From Guillardia theta CCMP2712 (Eukaryota; Protista; Cryptophyta), in the NCBI RefSeq assembly GCF_000315625.1, contig NW_005434510.1, positions 45,782 through 109,781 on the forward strand: a stretch of 64,000 bases of DNA. Direction: 5' to 3'. Positions 25,101 to 35,134 of the stretch are shown here, piece by piece. Each line of letters begins with the position of its first letter. Position 1 is the first letter of the stretch. The notes beneath the pieces were generated by a model. The model saw nothing but the letters and a program-made list of their open reading frames with translations. It did no database searches and was not told the origin of the DNA. The translations under genes and the position numbers were made by a program.

Positions 25101-28100
25101 TGTACGTAATTTTGTTGATGCGAGACGCTGAGCGAATGGGAAGCTAACTCGAATTTTGTTTCGCACTCACCTTCATGGTAATTTGTCTCTTCAGTGCTGC
25201 GTAAGTTACTGCATTTTTCCACCTTAATTGCTCTGCTGACCCCCTGTTAGAATGTAGGTTCACATCACCTTGAATGCTCATTTGCCGGCGTAAATATGAA
25301 TTTGCATTTGTGACATACAGTGTGCCAAGTATCAGTCATGGACGGGCTACATCAAGGTAATTGAGCAGTCAGATCACCAAAAGTTTTGATGAGGCTCATG
25401 GTCGTTCTGCAGGACGGATGCATTCAATGCAAGCAAAGGCTCAAGCAGAGAGAGCAAGTGACCAAAGGCCACCAACAAAGCATACAAGAGTCTGACAAAT
25501 ACAGCAGGCGATGTTTAGTCCGATCCAGCAGCAGAAAGTGACCCAGCTGAAGGAGCAAGCAGATCCAACGGGGAGGAAGAGATCGTTTGAAGGTTTACAA
25601 GGGGGGAAAGCAAAACAACAACGTCTCGACCATGGGGATAGCTGGAGCACGCTACAATGCGCAGTAAAAGTAGCCGAACAGAATGCTACAATGGAGACAC
25701 ACACAATTTCGCTGCATTTCCTATCAGAAAAAATGTCCAGTCCAGAGCTTACTATGGGTGAAGAAGGATACAACCTTCTGTTGGATTTGTTGGAAATAAT
25801 TGAAGGCGAAGGACACAAGGCGTATAACCGTGTGAATAAGGCCTGGATGGAGGTGAGGGCATTGGGCAACGATCTTGCATGTATACAAGATGAACTGTTG
25901 GAAATAGCGTTGAACAAAGACGCAGCAGATGGCAGAGAACCAAGTGATAAGCACATCTCGATTGACTTTCATGTCAAAATATTCAGTCGGGACAAGGTTC
26001 GGAAAGATTTGCGCAATGCGAGTCAGATTCTGGTTTCTACCCTTGAAGGTGGCAATGCAACTCGATTGATGGAGTACCAGCGAGCATTGGATAGCTCTGC
26101 AAAAGCCTTGGCGACTTTCTTGGAGCGCTGGGAGGAGGACGCACAAAGGTTGCAGATGCATCAAGAAAAAGAAAACTCGAACCCCACACTTGTATGCTTC
26201 AACGCTACTGAAGATCCTACCGCTCAGTTCAGAGAAACGATATTGGCAGTGTCAAAATGGGTGAATGAGATTGGAGAGAAGTTGTCATCTACAGAAAAAA
26301 GGAGGAAGGAGGTTGCAAGAAGCTATGCTGCAAGTCTACGACAGCTTGCATTTATCCTGGAAGAGAGCAGTCTGGACCACAGCACAAGCGCCACCAACAC
26401 TATGTCGGCTGATCTTCAGGGGAACCACGTGGCACTTGAGGCGGCAATTGCAGATGAGAAGGAGATCTTGACCGACAGCTCTTTGGTGAAAAGGTTCCCA
26501 TTTGACACGTTGCTTTCTGCGTTGAGGAATGGCTTACGTTGGACAAAAACCACTTCGTTCATATCCGAGCAGCTGGTAGATGTGAGACGATTCCAAGCAG
26601 ATTTACAGACATTGAGAAACCTCGCAGACCCTGAGCGCCTGCTTGATGCTCGTAAAGAATTGAAGGACAAGCAGATTTATGACATGATGTGCAAAGAGAT
26701 AGATCTTAAATCTGAAATGGATAAGTCCAAGTTGAAGAAGCAACCAACACAAGAAATTGAAAAGGAGCTAGCTGAAGTCAGGGAGCAGATCAGATCTGCT
26801 GTCAAGGAACTTGAAGGGATTGACGGAAAGCTTTGGAGTCTTATCAGTCACTTTCCTGAACACGCTGGCAAAATGAAAGATATCCTGGAGGAGCAGGGGG
26901 TGGGGAGCGGAGACCTTCCGATATGCCACGAGAGGATCGACATGTTCCAAGTGATGGAACGAGTGGCACAGGTGGGATGCAGGGGGGCCCGACACAACGT
27001 CATACGAGTGAGTGATGGTCACGAAGAGTACATAATCAAGGAATACGGCCTCTCAGACAGCGAAAAGGAAAGAAAATGCTTCTTACGAGAAGCCAGAATC
27101 CTGCGTCGTCTGGAACACCCGTACATCGTGAAGCTGAGCAGTGCTTTCATCGAGGCAAAGCATGAGCATGGGACAGTCATGAAGGGATACCTGAAGATGC
27201 CCGTTGCCATCGGAGGAACGCTGTGGAGCTGGATGCAGCAAGTGAAGCCGAGCGACCAGCAGAAGCACCGAGTGCTGATGCAGATTCTTCAAGGGCTAGA
27301 GCACCTGCGTCAAAATAGGATCGTGCACTGCGATATCAAGCCAGCAAACATCTTGATGTCGTCACAGAACGAGCATGCCTTGCCGCAGATAGCAGACTTT
27401 GACGTTTCTAAGGAGCAAGAGGATCGTGCAAGGGAGTTGGCAGCTACTGTGACCGCTACCATAGCTGTAGGGACACTTGCCTACATGGCTCCGGAGCTGA
27501 TCAATATGCATTCAAGGCAGGGGAGAGTCTCGCACAAGTCAGACATGTACTCGTATGGGGTTTTGATGCTTGAGTTCCTGACTGAGTCTCCATCGCGAGG
27601 GATCCAAGGAGATGACACCCCGCGGCTGCTAGATCAACTGCAGCAATATGCAAAAGATCTCATTTCTCAGCTGATCATTCCCGATCCCAACAATCGACTG
27701 TCATCCATCCAAGCTCTGACTCATCCTTACTTCAGCCAAGCCATGCTTGTAGTGCAAGATCAGTTCAACAGGGAAATATGCACAGTATTCAACCCTCCTG
27801 CCTTCTGGCAGTGCGTCACGACGAGAGTGAAGATCAACGTCACTGCCGAATGGAAAGAAAGGATACAAGAGCTTATGACGTCGACGTGCAAACAGCAGTA
27901 CCTTGGGCAAAGAAGGCAAGGCAAAGGCTTGAACTACACAGGCTTCCAGGTAGAGCGAGTCTTCCGTGTAGAGAATCAGGACCTGTGGTCGGGGTATGCC
28001 CAGGAGCGCTCCCGCATCATGCAGCAAGGAACACGTCATCCAGAGACTCAAGTGAGCACGTGGCGAGACTGGATGGAAGACGAACTTCTGGTGGACAAGG

Positions 28101-28507
28101 CGAGCAACGAAGTGTTTCTGTTTCATGGCACCAGCTTCAACATGGCTGACGTCATCTTGACGTCTGGATTCGACGAGCGTGTGTGCAACCTGAATGGACT
28201 CTTCGGAGCTGGAATCTACCTGGCCGAGAACTCCAGCAAGAGCGACGAATACTGCGTGCCGGACAGCCAAGGCATCTGCCGCATGTTCCTCGTACGTTCT
28301 GCGCTTGGAACACCGTTTGTAGCTCAGAGATCCATGCAACGGGCTAGAAGGCCTCCTACGAACTCCACTGGGTTCTTATATGACTCTGTGATCGGGGTGA
28401 CCAAAGAAACACATCCAGCAGCCCTTTTGGAGTGGTACAGGGAGTTCATAGTGTACTACCGTCGACAGACCTACCCGGAGTTTCTGATAGAGTTCAAACG
28501 CGTGTAA
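22156..28507 (+). CDS. predicted single gene: Cys/His-rich (RING-like) N-terminus built partly from micro-exons + coiled coil + protein kinase + PARP catalytic domain
   Basis: Exon 22156-22182 (MLMQCQVCQ), exon 22242-22280 (MKLEHGSSKTSRC), 22 micro-exons 22368-25253, exon 25321-25356 (CAKYQSWTGYIK), exon 25413-25457 (DGCIQCKQRLKQREQ), terminal exon 25505-28507. All junctions are GT-AG and phase 0. The 5' model is inferred; the kinase-PARP exon is certain. Confidence 0.7.
22368..25253 (+). other. array of 22 predicted micro-exons (20 x 3 nt, 2 x 6 nt)
   Basis: AG|NNN|GT at 22368 GCG, 22481 CGG, 22649 CGT, 22782 ATT, 22927 TAT, 22983 TAC, 23137 CGG, 23292 CGG, 23439 GAG, 23583 CAT, 23726 ATT, 23825 CGG, 23961 CTT, 24101 GTC, 24230 ATTATT, 24581 TCG, 24710 CCG, 24826 GGA, 24954 AAG, 25099 ATT, 25195 TGCTGC, 25251 AAT. 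Donors are GTRAG/GTACG/GTATG-type, with an upstream CTGAC/CTGAT/CTAAC. Confidence 0.8.
25511..28507 (+). CDS. intronless 998-aa ORF: coiled coil, Ser/Thr-type kinase, tankyrase-like PARP catalytic domain
   Basis: Kinase: YIIKEY, FLREARILRRLEHPYIVKL, VHCDIKPANILM, IADFDVSK, GTLAYMAPE, KSDMYSYG. PARP: FLFHGTS, GFDERVCNLNGLFGAGIYLAENSSKSDEY, REFIVY...TYPEFLIEF (H-Y-E triad). Confidence 0.95.
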   Translation: MFSPIQQQKVTQLKEQADPTGRKRSFEGLQGGKAKQQRLDHGDSWSTLQCAVKVAEQNATMETHTISLHFLSEKMSSPELTMGEEGYNLLLDLLEIIEGEGHKAYNRVNKAWMEVRALGNDLACIQDELLEIALNKDAADGREPSDKHISIDFHVKIFSRDKVRKDLRNASQILVSTLEGGNATRLMEYQRALDSSAKALATFLERWEEDAQRLQMHQEKENSNPTLVCFNATEDPTAQFRETILAVSKWVNEIGEKLSSTEKRRKEVARSYAASLRQLAFILEESSLDHSTSATNTMSADLQGNHVALEAAIADEKEILTDSSLVKRFPFDTLLSALRNGLRWTKTTSFISEQLVDVRRFQADLQTLRNLADPERLLDARKELKDKQIYDMMCKEIDLKSEMDKSKLKKQPTQEIEKELAEVREQIRSAVKELEGIDGKLWSLISHFPEHAGKMKDILEEQGVGSGDLPICHERIDMFQVMERVAQVGCRGARHNVIRVSDGHEEYIIKEYGLSDSEKERKCFLREARILRRLEHPYIVKLSSAFIEAKHEHGTVMKGYLKMPVAIGGTLWSWMQQVKPSDQQKHRVLMQILQGLEHLRQNRIVHCDIKPANILMSSQNEHALPQIADFDVSKEQEDRARELAATVTATIAVGTLAYMAPELINMHSRQGRVSHKSDMYSYGVLMLEFLTESPSRGIQGDDTPRLLDQLQQYAKDLISQLIIPDPNNRLSSIQALTHPYFSQAMLVVQDQFNREICTVFNPPAFWQCVTTRVKINVTAEWKERIQELMTSTCKQQYLGQRRQGKGLNYTGFQVERVFRVENQDLWSGYAQERSRIMQQGTRHPETQVSTWRDWMEDELLVDKASNEVFLFHGTSFNMADVILTSGFDERVCNLNGLFGAGIYLAENSSKSDEYCVPDSQGICRMFLVRSALGTPFVAQRSMQRARRPPTNSTGFLYDSVIGVTKETHPAALLEWYREFIVYYRRQTYPEFLIEFKRV

Positions 28508-28509
28508 GG

Positions 28510-29720
28510 CAGGCGGCCGCCGGGTCGTGCAGGTGCAGCCTACATCTCAGTCAAGTTTTAGACATCCAATCTGAAACTCTTTCTCAGGTTTGGCGTTGTG
28601 ACCGCCGCCGCGGGGGCACGACCGTCCGACTAGCCTAGTGACCTTCAACTACCGTCACTAATAAATACCGTCGATGCTACCGTCGGGTATCTATGTCCGT
28701 ACTGGCAGTCGGTATCATTGTACCGTGCCACGGATGACTCAGCGGCAAGCCGCCACTCAGTGTGGCAGCGGGTCAGCTGGCCAGTGAATAAACGATGTCG
28801 TGCGGCTAGAACCGTAGGCTTCTACTAGAGTCGTCACGTTGAACAGTTCTGTTCGGAAGGTTGAAAGTTAGTTCCGGGCCGGACCGTACTGTCGGACGGT
28901 CACGGCGGCGCCGATGACGGCGAACTTGGTGACCCCGGGCCGCGCTGCACGCCCGGCGCCGGTGTTCGTTACTCACCACCTCAGTACAGTGAATAACCGT
29001 TTCTCAACTGCCAGTAGCACCACCCCTACCTGCCAACCCACCCTCTTGGTTACGAACTTTTCGTCATGCACCACCCCCTTTTGAAATCTCATGACCCCCT
29101 TGATACACCTCTCTCACCTCACCCCTCTATTTAGATGATATCTTGAACCACCCTCTCTTGTCTCAACATTTAGAGGATCTATACTTGGTGGGGTGATGTA
29201 CCCTACCCAGGATGGAGAAGGCTTTACCCTTTCCTTCCCTTTGTCCTTTCCATGGCCCCCAATGGGGGTGGGGGTTGAGCAAAGGGGGGTGGTTTCCTGA
29301 AATCCCTAGGGTAGGGTTCTGAGATGAAAAAGAGGGGTGATGGGGGTAGACGAGGGGTGGTTGGTTGGGGAGGTTTTTACGATTTACTGGTTTAGATTTG
29401 AGTGGGGTAGGGGTGGAGGGGTGGTCAGGTATCAGGCCCCTGCAAACAACGGGGTGGTCAAGATTCAGTCAGGGGTGAAATTCATTTGGAGGAAGGGGTA
29501 CACCTGATTGATGAGTAGGTAGGGGTAGTCCTGACACGGGTATGGATTTAAGAATTCTCAACAGGGTGGTCATTTAGTTAGAGAAACAGGGGTACCATGA
29601 TTGTAGTATTTCGGGCTTGGATGAATTTAGAGGGTGGGGTTGAAAAAAGGGGGGTAGATGATAGACCAGTGGGGTAGAGAAACTTGGATGTGGGGTAGGG
29701 GTAGTAATCAACGGGTGATT
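28510..29720. other. intergenic module: GC/CpG-rich block followed by a CpG-poor ACCCC/GGGGT-rich block
   Basis: 28510-28970 is rich in CCGG/GCCG and includes GTTCGGAAGGTTGAAAGTT. 29000-29720 is dense in ACCCC then GGGGT pentamers. Confidence 0.7.
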
Positions 29721-30425
29721 GATCGGACGCTATGGTGGAGCGGAAAGTGAAGGCGGCGGGCAGGAAGGAGGAGATGGAGAGTGACATGGAAGAAGAGGGA
29801 GGAGAATGAAGATGCGATGACATCTTTGATGGATGAGAGTGTGTCCCGAGATGGCACATGACCTGATTGAGCGGATAGCAGAGGAGCAACGCAGAGAACT
29901 GCAGTTACAGAATCGCAGTAACGAGGCCCGTGTTGCCGAAGTTCTGAGTGAAAGAGTAGGAATGAGACAGGCTAATAGAGCTCAGAGATAATATAGTTCC
30001 TGCTCTAGATTGTAAATCAATGATGGTTTGCGATTCATTTTTCGTTAACTCACGCAGTTCCATGTACAGGTCCGGAATGTACCAGCTCCAGGGTCTCGGT
30101 GTCGTTAAGTGTGAAGATTGAGCCTATTCGTCGCTTCATGCACCAGCACACATTCAACTTCTCGTGCTTGCCTGCCTGAATCCAAGTATTCCGGTCGATT
30201 GTGGGGAAATCATGCTCTATCGGCGTTCGTACATGATGGAAGGGAGAGAGGTTGGCGGGAACATGCCCACCAGCCAGCACTTTCAAGTTTTGAAGTCATA
30301 GTGTGATGTTATACCTCCTGGTTAGATCTTTGTGATGGACAACAGAAAAAGTTTCGTTGTGATGAGAATGCGGGTGAATGGTTGAGATAACTACTTCGAA
30401 GCCGAAGCAATCTGCTTTTTCGAGT

Positions 30426-33400
30426 ATGCACCGCTATCAGATAGCAAAGCGTCTTGGAGATGGGACATACGGAGAAGTTGTTCGAGCCATCAACAAACAG
30501 GTTGCTAATGATAGGGTTCGCTGCCACGTAATCTGCTTAACGTCTTGTGCGTCAGTCTGGCGAAGTCGTGGCTGTCAAGCGGATGAAGAAAAAGTATTAC
30601 AGTTGGGACGTACGTGAGAAGAAAGACCCACGTGCACGTCTAACATCATGTGCAGGAATGCATTGCTCTCCGTGAAGTTCAATCTCTGAGAAAACTTCGT
30701 CATCCCAACATTGTCAAGTTGAAAGAGATCATCAGAGAGAATGACCGCTTGGTTTGTGACCTGGTCCTTGACTCTTGTGTGTTGAAGCATCTCTCTGCAG
30801 CATATGGTGTTCGAGCACATGGATTGCAATCTCTACGAGTTGACGAAGAACAGACGGAAGGTGAAGTACATTCACAAAGAGACGTACATACAAACACACA
30901 TACAGACATAGCCCACAGCTCGGGTGTGATAGTTTTTGTTGTATTGTAACTTCGACACCGCAGCATTTGCCGGAATCAAACATCAAGAATCATATGTTCC
31001 AGATTCTGCAGGTTGGCATTCCTCTGCGTACTCAATCTTCCGCCTCCTGCTCGTGCCCCCACTCATGCCTTCTCGTCGCCTGACATGTAATTTAGGGGCT
31101 GGCTTTCATGCACAAGAATGGATATTTTCATCGAGATATGAAGGTGTTCAAAATTATTCCTCATCCTTTTCTTCTTGCCATCATTCCAAAGCTCTGTTCG
31201 TCTTCCTCCCATCATTCTCGTGTCTACTCGTTCTTGTACTCCTCTGACTCAAGTGTCCGCCCGCACCCGAACCTTTTAGAATTACGCTTGTTCATCACTC
31301 GTTCCCTCCCTCTCTCCATATACAAACAATGCCCTCCTACTTCGATTGTCTCTGATGTTTTATTCAGCCGGAGAACATTCTGGTCCTCAACGACGTCACC
31401 AAGATCGCGGACTTCGGTCTTGCCAAGGAGATCAACGCTCGTCTCCCGTACACGGAGTACATATCAACCAGATGGTAAAATCTTGCCAACTTGTTTCCTT
31501 AGATGCGAACTTGCAGTGTCACTGTCGTTGAGGTGTTGACTATGTGTCGGGCACATTTCTTGTTGAGAATCTTGTGTTTGTAAGAGAGGACTGGAATCTT
31601 CATCCTTGCTGCCTTTTTGATTTTCTCTTCAAGGTACCGAGCTCCCGAAGTTCTTCTCCGCTCAAGGAACTACAATGCTCCTGTCGATGTGTTCGCCGTC
31701 GGGTGCATCATGGCGGAGGTGAAGTGACATTGTGCAGTGTCCTCCTCTTCCCTCTCTTGCAGCTTGCAGCTTCCTCGTCGTCCACCTGACTCGTGTCCGT
31801 CGTTTGCAGTTGTACATGCTGAGGCCGCTCTTTCCGGGAAGTAGCGAGAGCGATATGATTAACAAGGTGAGGGTTGTCAAGATTTCAGTCAGCCTGTTTC
31901 AAGCTTGTTCCTCCCCTGCCTCCCTTCTCAACTCTAGACCCTCAGGTCTGCCAAGTGCTCGGCACCCCGACCATGGAGATCTGGCCGGAAGGATTCAAGG
32001 TTGGTGGCCTTGAGTGGTGTCGAAGGGAGGAAAGTGCTGGAGACAATACAAGGAGATGACGAACTTTGTCTGTCTCTGCCTTTCTCTCTATCTTTGTCTC
32101 TGTATGTTGTTTCTGTCTGTCTATTTTCTCCGTCCAAGTTCTTCTCCATCTCTCTTATTTTCTGCTCGTCAGCTCGCAACAGCTCGTCGCGTCAAGTTTC
32201 CTGAGTTCGCCAAGATACCGTTGCAGAACATCATGCCGCATGCCTCCAAGGTTCACCTGCTCCTGCTCTACCTGCTCCTCTCCAAGCGGCTCCCCTTGTT
32301 TGATCCTTGCTCCTCACAGGAAGGCATTGATATAATGGACGCGATGATGATGTGGAACCCCAAGACTCGAGTGACAGCTGCTGGATGCCTGGGTGACCAG
32401 ATTAGCCGTTCTCCTCCTCCTCCTCCTCCTCCTCCTCCTCCTCCTCCTCCTCCTCCTCCTCCTCCTCCTCCTCCTCCTCCTCCTCCTTCATCCCCCTTCC
32501 CCCCCTTGCTTACACCAGCTCCTTGCTCGCTCCACGGTCATCCATCGTCTCTTCTACTCCATCGCCTCTCCTTGTCATGCCTTGCCCTCCCCTTCCCCTT
32601 CATGTCTTTTTTTTTTAAATCGATTCTTCGTGTACCTTTCCATCACCTTGTCTGTCCTTTGTATTTCTGCGTTGGCTGGTCGATGACTGTCCTTGTACCA
32701 GAGCACAAATATTTCGATGAAGAGAAGGTGAAGCAGGAGGCAAAGATGAAGGACAAGGAGCTGAGCATGGAGAGAGCGAAGGAGAAGATGAAGGAACAGG
32801 AGAAGATCAAAGAAAATGACAAGAAAGACTCGGACAGACTGAGAGAACATGAGAAGAAGGAAAGCGACAAGTCGAAGGATCACGATAAGTCGAAGAAAGA
32901 CAGGGATAGGTACTTACAGGAGGATTCGAAGTCGAGAAATTCGTCGAGCCTGTCGGCTGTCAAGGGAGATCAAAGTCTGTTGAGCTTCTCGAAGAAGTAC
33001 AAGAACGTCGACACGACCGAGAGCAACACAAGCCTCTCACTCAACAGGAGCGAGAAAGCTTCGTTGAGGCACCACAACAGCAACAGGAAGGAGAGCATCG
33101 AGTCGACAAGCTCATCGATCAGAAATGAATCAGCGCTCAAGTCGGGAGAGCTGTCTTTGAATCATGTGAGCCCTTCCTTCTCACATCTTGTCCTTTCCCC
33201 TGCCTCACTGCTTCCTCCAGACAAAGAAATCTTTCGGCGATGAGACAACTAAGTTGTCCTCTCTGCCCTCTCTAACCAGGTTCTCCTCATCCCTCCACTC
33301 ATCTCCATCTTTCCTTCTTCTCCTCCTGCTTCTGTCTGTGCTCTTCCCATGCACTTGCTTCTTCCCTGAGCTCGTCTCGTCCCCCTCCTTCCTCCTCTTC

Positions 33401-34606
33401 CTCTTCGCCCTCCTCTGACATGTGGAATCATTTAGCAGCTCGAAAACAAATCGAGACGAAGCAAGCAATATAGCAGGAAGTTCGCAGATACCTGGGTGAT
33501 AACTGCCTGCCCTCGCCTCCCTCCTCCTTTCTTTTCTCCTCCTCTCCTTTCTCCTTCCTCTCTCTCTACCCGTGTTTCCTCTCTTTGTTCTCTCTCTACC
33601 CGTGTTTCCTCTCCTTCCTCTCTCTCTACCCGTGTTTCCTCTCTTTGTTCTCTCTCTACCCTGTTTCCTCTTCGTCTGATCGCTTCCTTTTACAGCATCA
33701 AGTCACTAGCAAAGGATAAATTTCCTGAGGGCAAAGTTCGACATCATCACCAGTCAGTCACCTCCCTCGTTTTCCTCTTCTCTTCCGCCACCACTACCTC
33801 CTCCTCCCTCCTTCCTCCTCCTCCCTCCTTTCCCTCCTCCTCCCTCCTTCCTCCTCCTCCCTCCTTTCCCTCCTCCCCCCTCCTTTCCCTCCTCCCCCCT
33901 CCAATCTTTCCTAACTCGCTTGCAGCCATCTGCCTGAAGTCTCGGAGTCAGCAGATTCAGACTTCAAGTTGCTTGGCATGGAGCGATGGAGGAACGACTC
34001 GAGCTACATGAGCACAGATAGGATAGGGAGGAAGAAGTTGGGAAGGGATAAGAAAAGGACCACGGAGTTGGAGGAGGAAGACGCAAAGAGCCTCTACCAG
34101 AGGAGCCGCGATGTACATCTCCTACCTCCATCCTACCTCCTCCCATCCCCCCTCTCCTCCCCTGCCGTTCCTCCTTGATCGAATATCAGATCTCCTTCAA
34201 CGCTACTCCTCTCCCCCCCTTTGATCCTCCTACACCTCATGATGACCTGCAGGATCTGCGAGAGATCAATCGCGCTCGTGCCCTTCGACAAGTTCCTCTG
34301 GTGATTCCTTCTGCCCTCCCCTCTCTTCCCCTCCCCTCTCCTCTCCTCTCCTCTCCTCTCCTCTCCTCTCCTCTCCTCTCCTCTCCTCTCCTCTCCTCTC
34401 CTCTCTCGTTGTCTGCTAATGCTTGTACTTGCAGCTTATGGGATCACAAGAAGGCAGCAGAGCTCTGCCTCTGGTGGACCAGGAGGGCAGCAAGTTCTCT
34501 AACGGCTTTCAAGGTGTTCGCTCCTCCTTCCCGCTGCTTCTCCTCCTCTGACTCCCTGTACAGGACGAGAAGCGATTGGTAGGAGGTGAGAACCCCGCTT
34601 GCTCTG

Positions 34607-34637
<31 letters not shown>

Positions 34638-35009
34638 CTCGTCCTCGTCCTCCTCGTCCTCATCCTCCTCCCTGTTGTTCTCTCCCGCTCTCCTAGCTTC
34701 TTCCCTTCCTACTTATCCTCATACCCGCTGGTCGCAGGTACTTCGGTGCCTACATGGACAGTCGCTCCTCCATGTTCCCTGCTGTCGGCATGATGGCGAA
34801 GAGGCAGCAGCCAGCAGCAGTCGCGCGGGCCCTCGGCATGCAGCAGGGCGGCATGCAGGTTGAGGAGGTTGAGGAAGAGGAAGGGGGAGGGAGAGAGGGA
34901 GGGAGGGAAGAGGAGGAGGAGGAAGAGCGCGGGTCGAGATTGTCTGACAGTCATGCAGGTCAGCTCGAGCATGAGAAGCGACGCGGTGAGTGGGTTGACT
35001 GACGCCTAG
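30426..35009 (+). CDS. MAK/ICK/MOK (RCK family) CMGC protein kinase with long low-complexity C-terminus, multi-exon
   Basis: [110 protein letters not shown]. 3' end approximate. Confidence 0.93.
33551..33669. repeat. 30-bp tandem repeat x4 in A-B-A-B order (intronic)
   Basis: CTCCTTCCTCTCTCTCTACCCGTGTTTCCT alternating with CTCTTTGTTCTCTCTCTACCCGTGTTTCCT. Confidence 0.85.
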
Positions 35010-35134
35010 CAAGCGAGTGATCCTTTGCTCAGAACTCCATGGATGTCCTGGGACGGCGAAGATTTTGAGAAGGAGGAAGAGGAGGAGGAGGAGGAGGAGG
35101 TGTAGACTAGATGTAAGTGAAAGTGAAGTTGAAG

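Noticed and set aside
22281-25320. Transposon, CRISPR-like or protein-coding interpretation of the periodic region using the short ORFs in the track
   Set aside because: No terminal repeats, no transposase/RT motifs and no conserved repeat unit. The periodic elements are splice signals, and the listed ORFs have no protein-like features.
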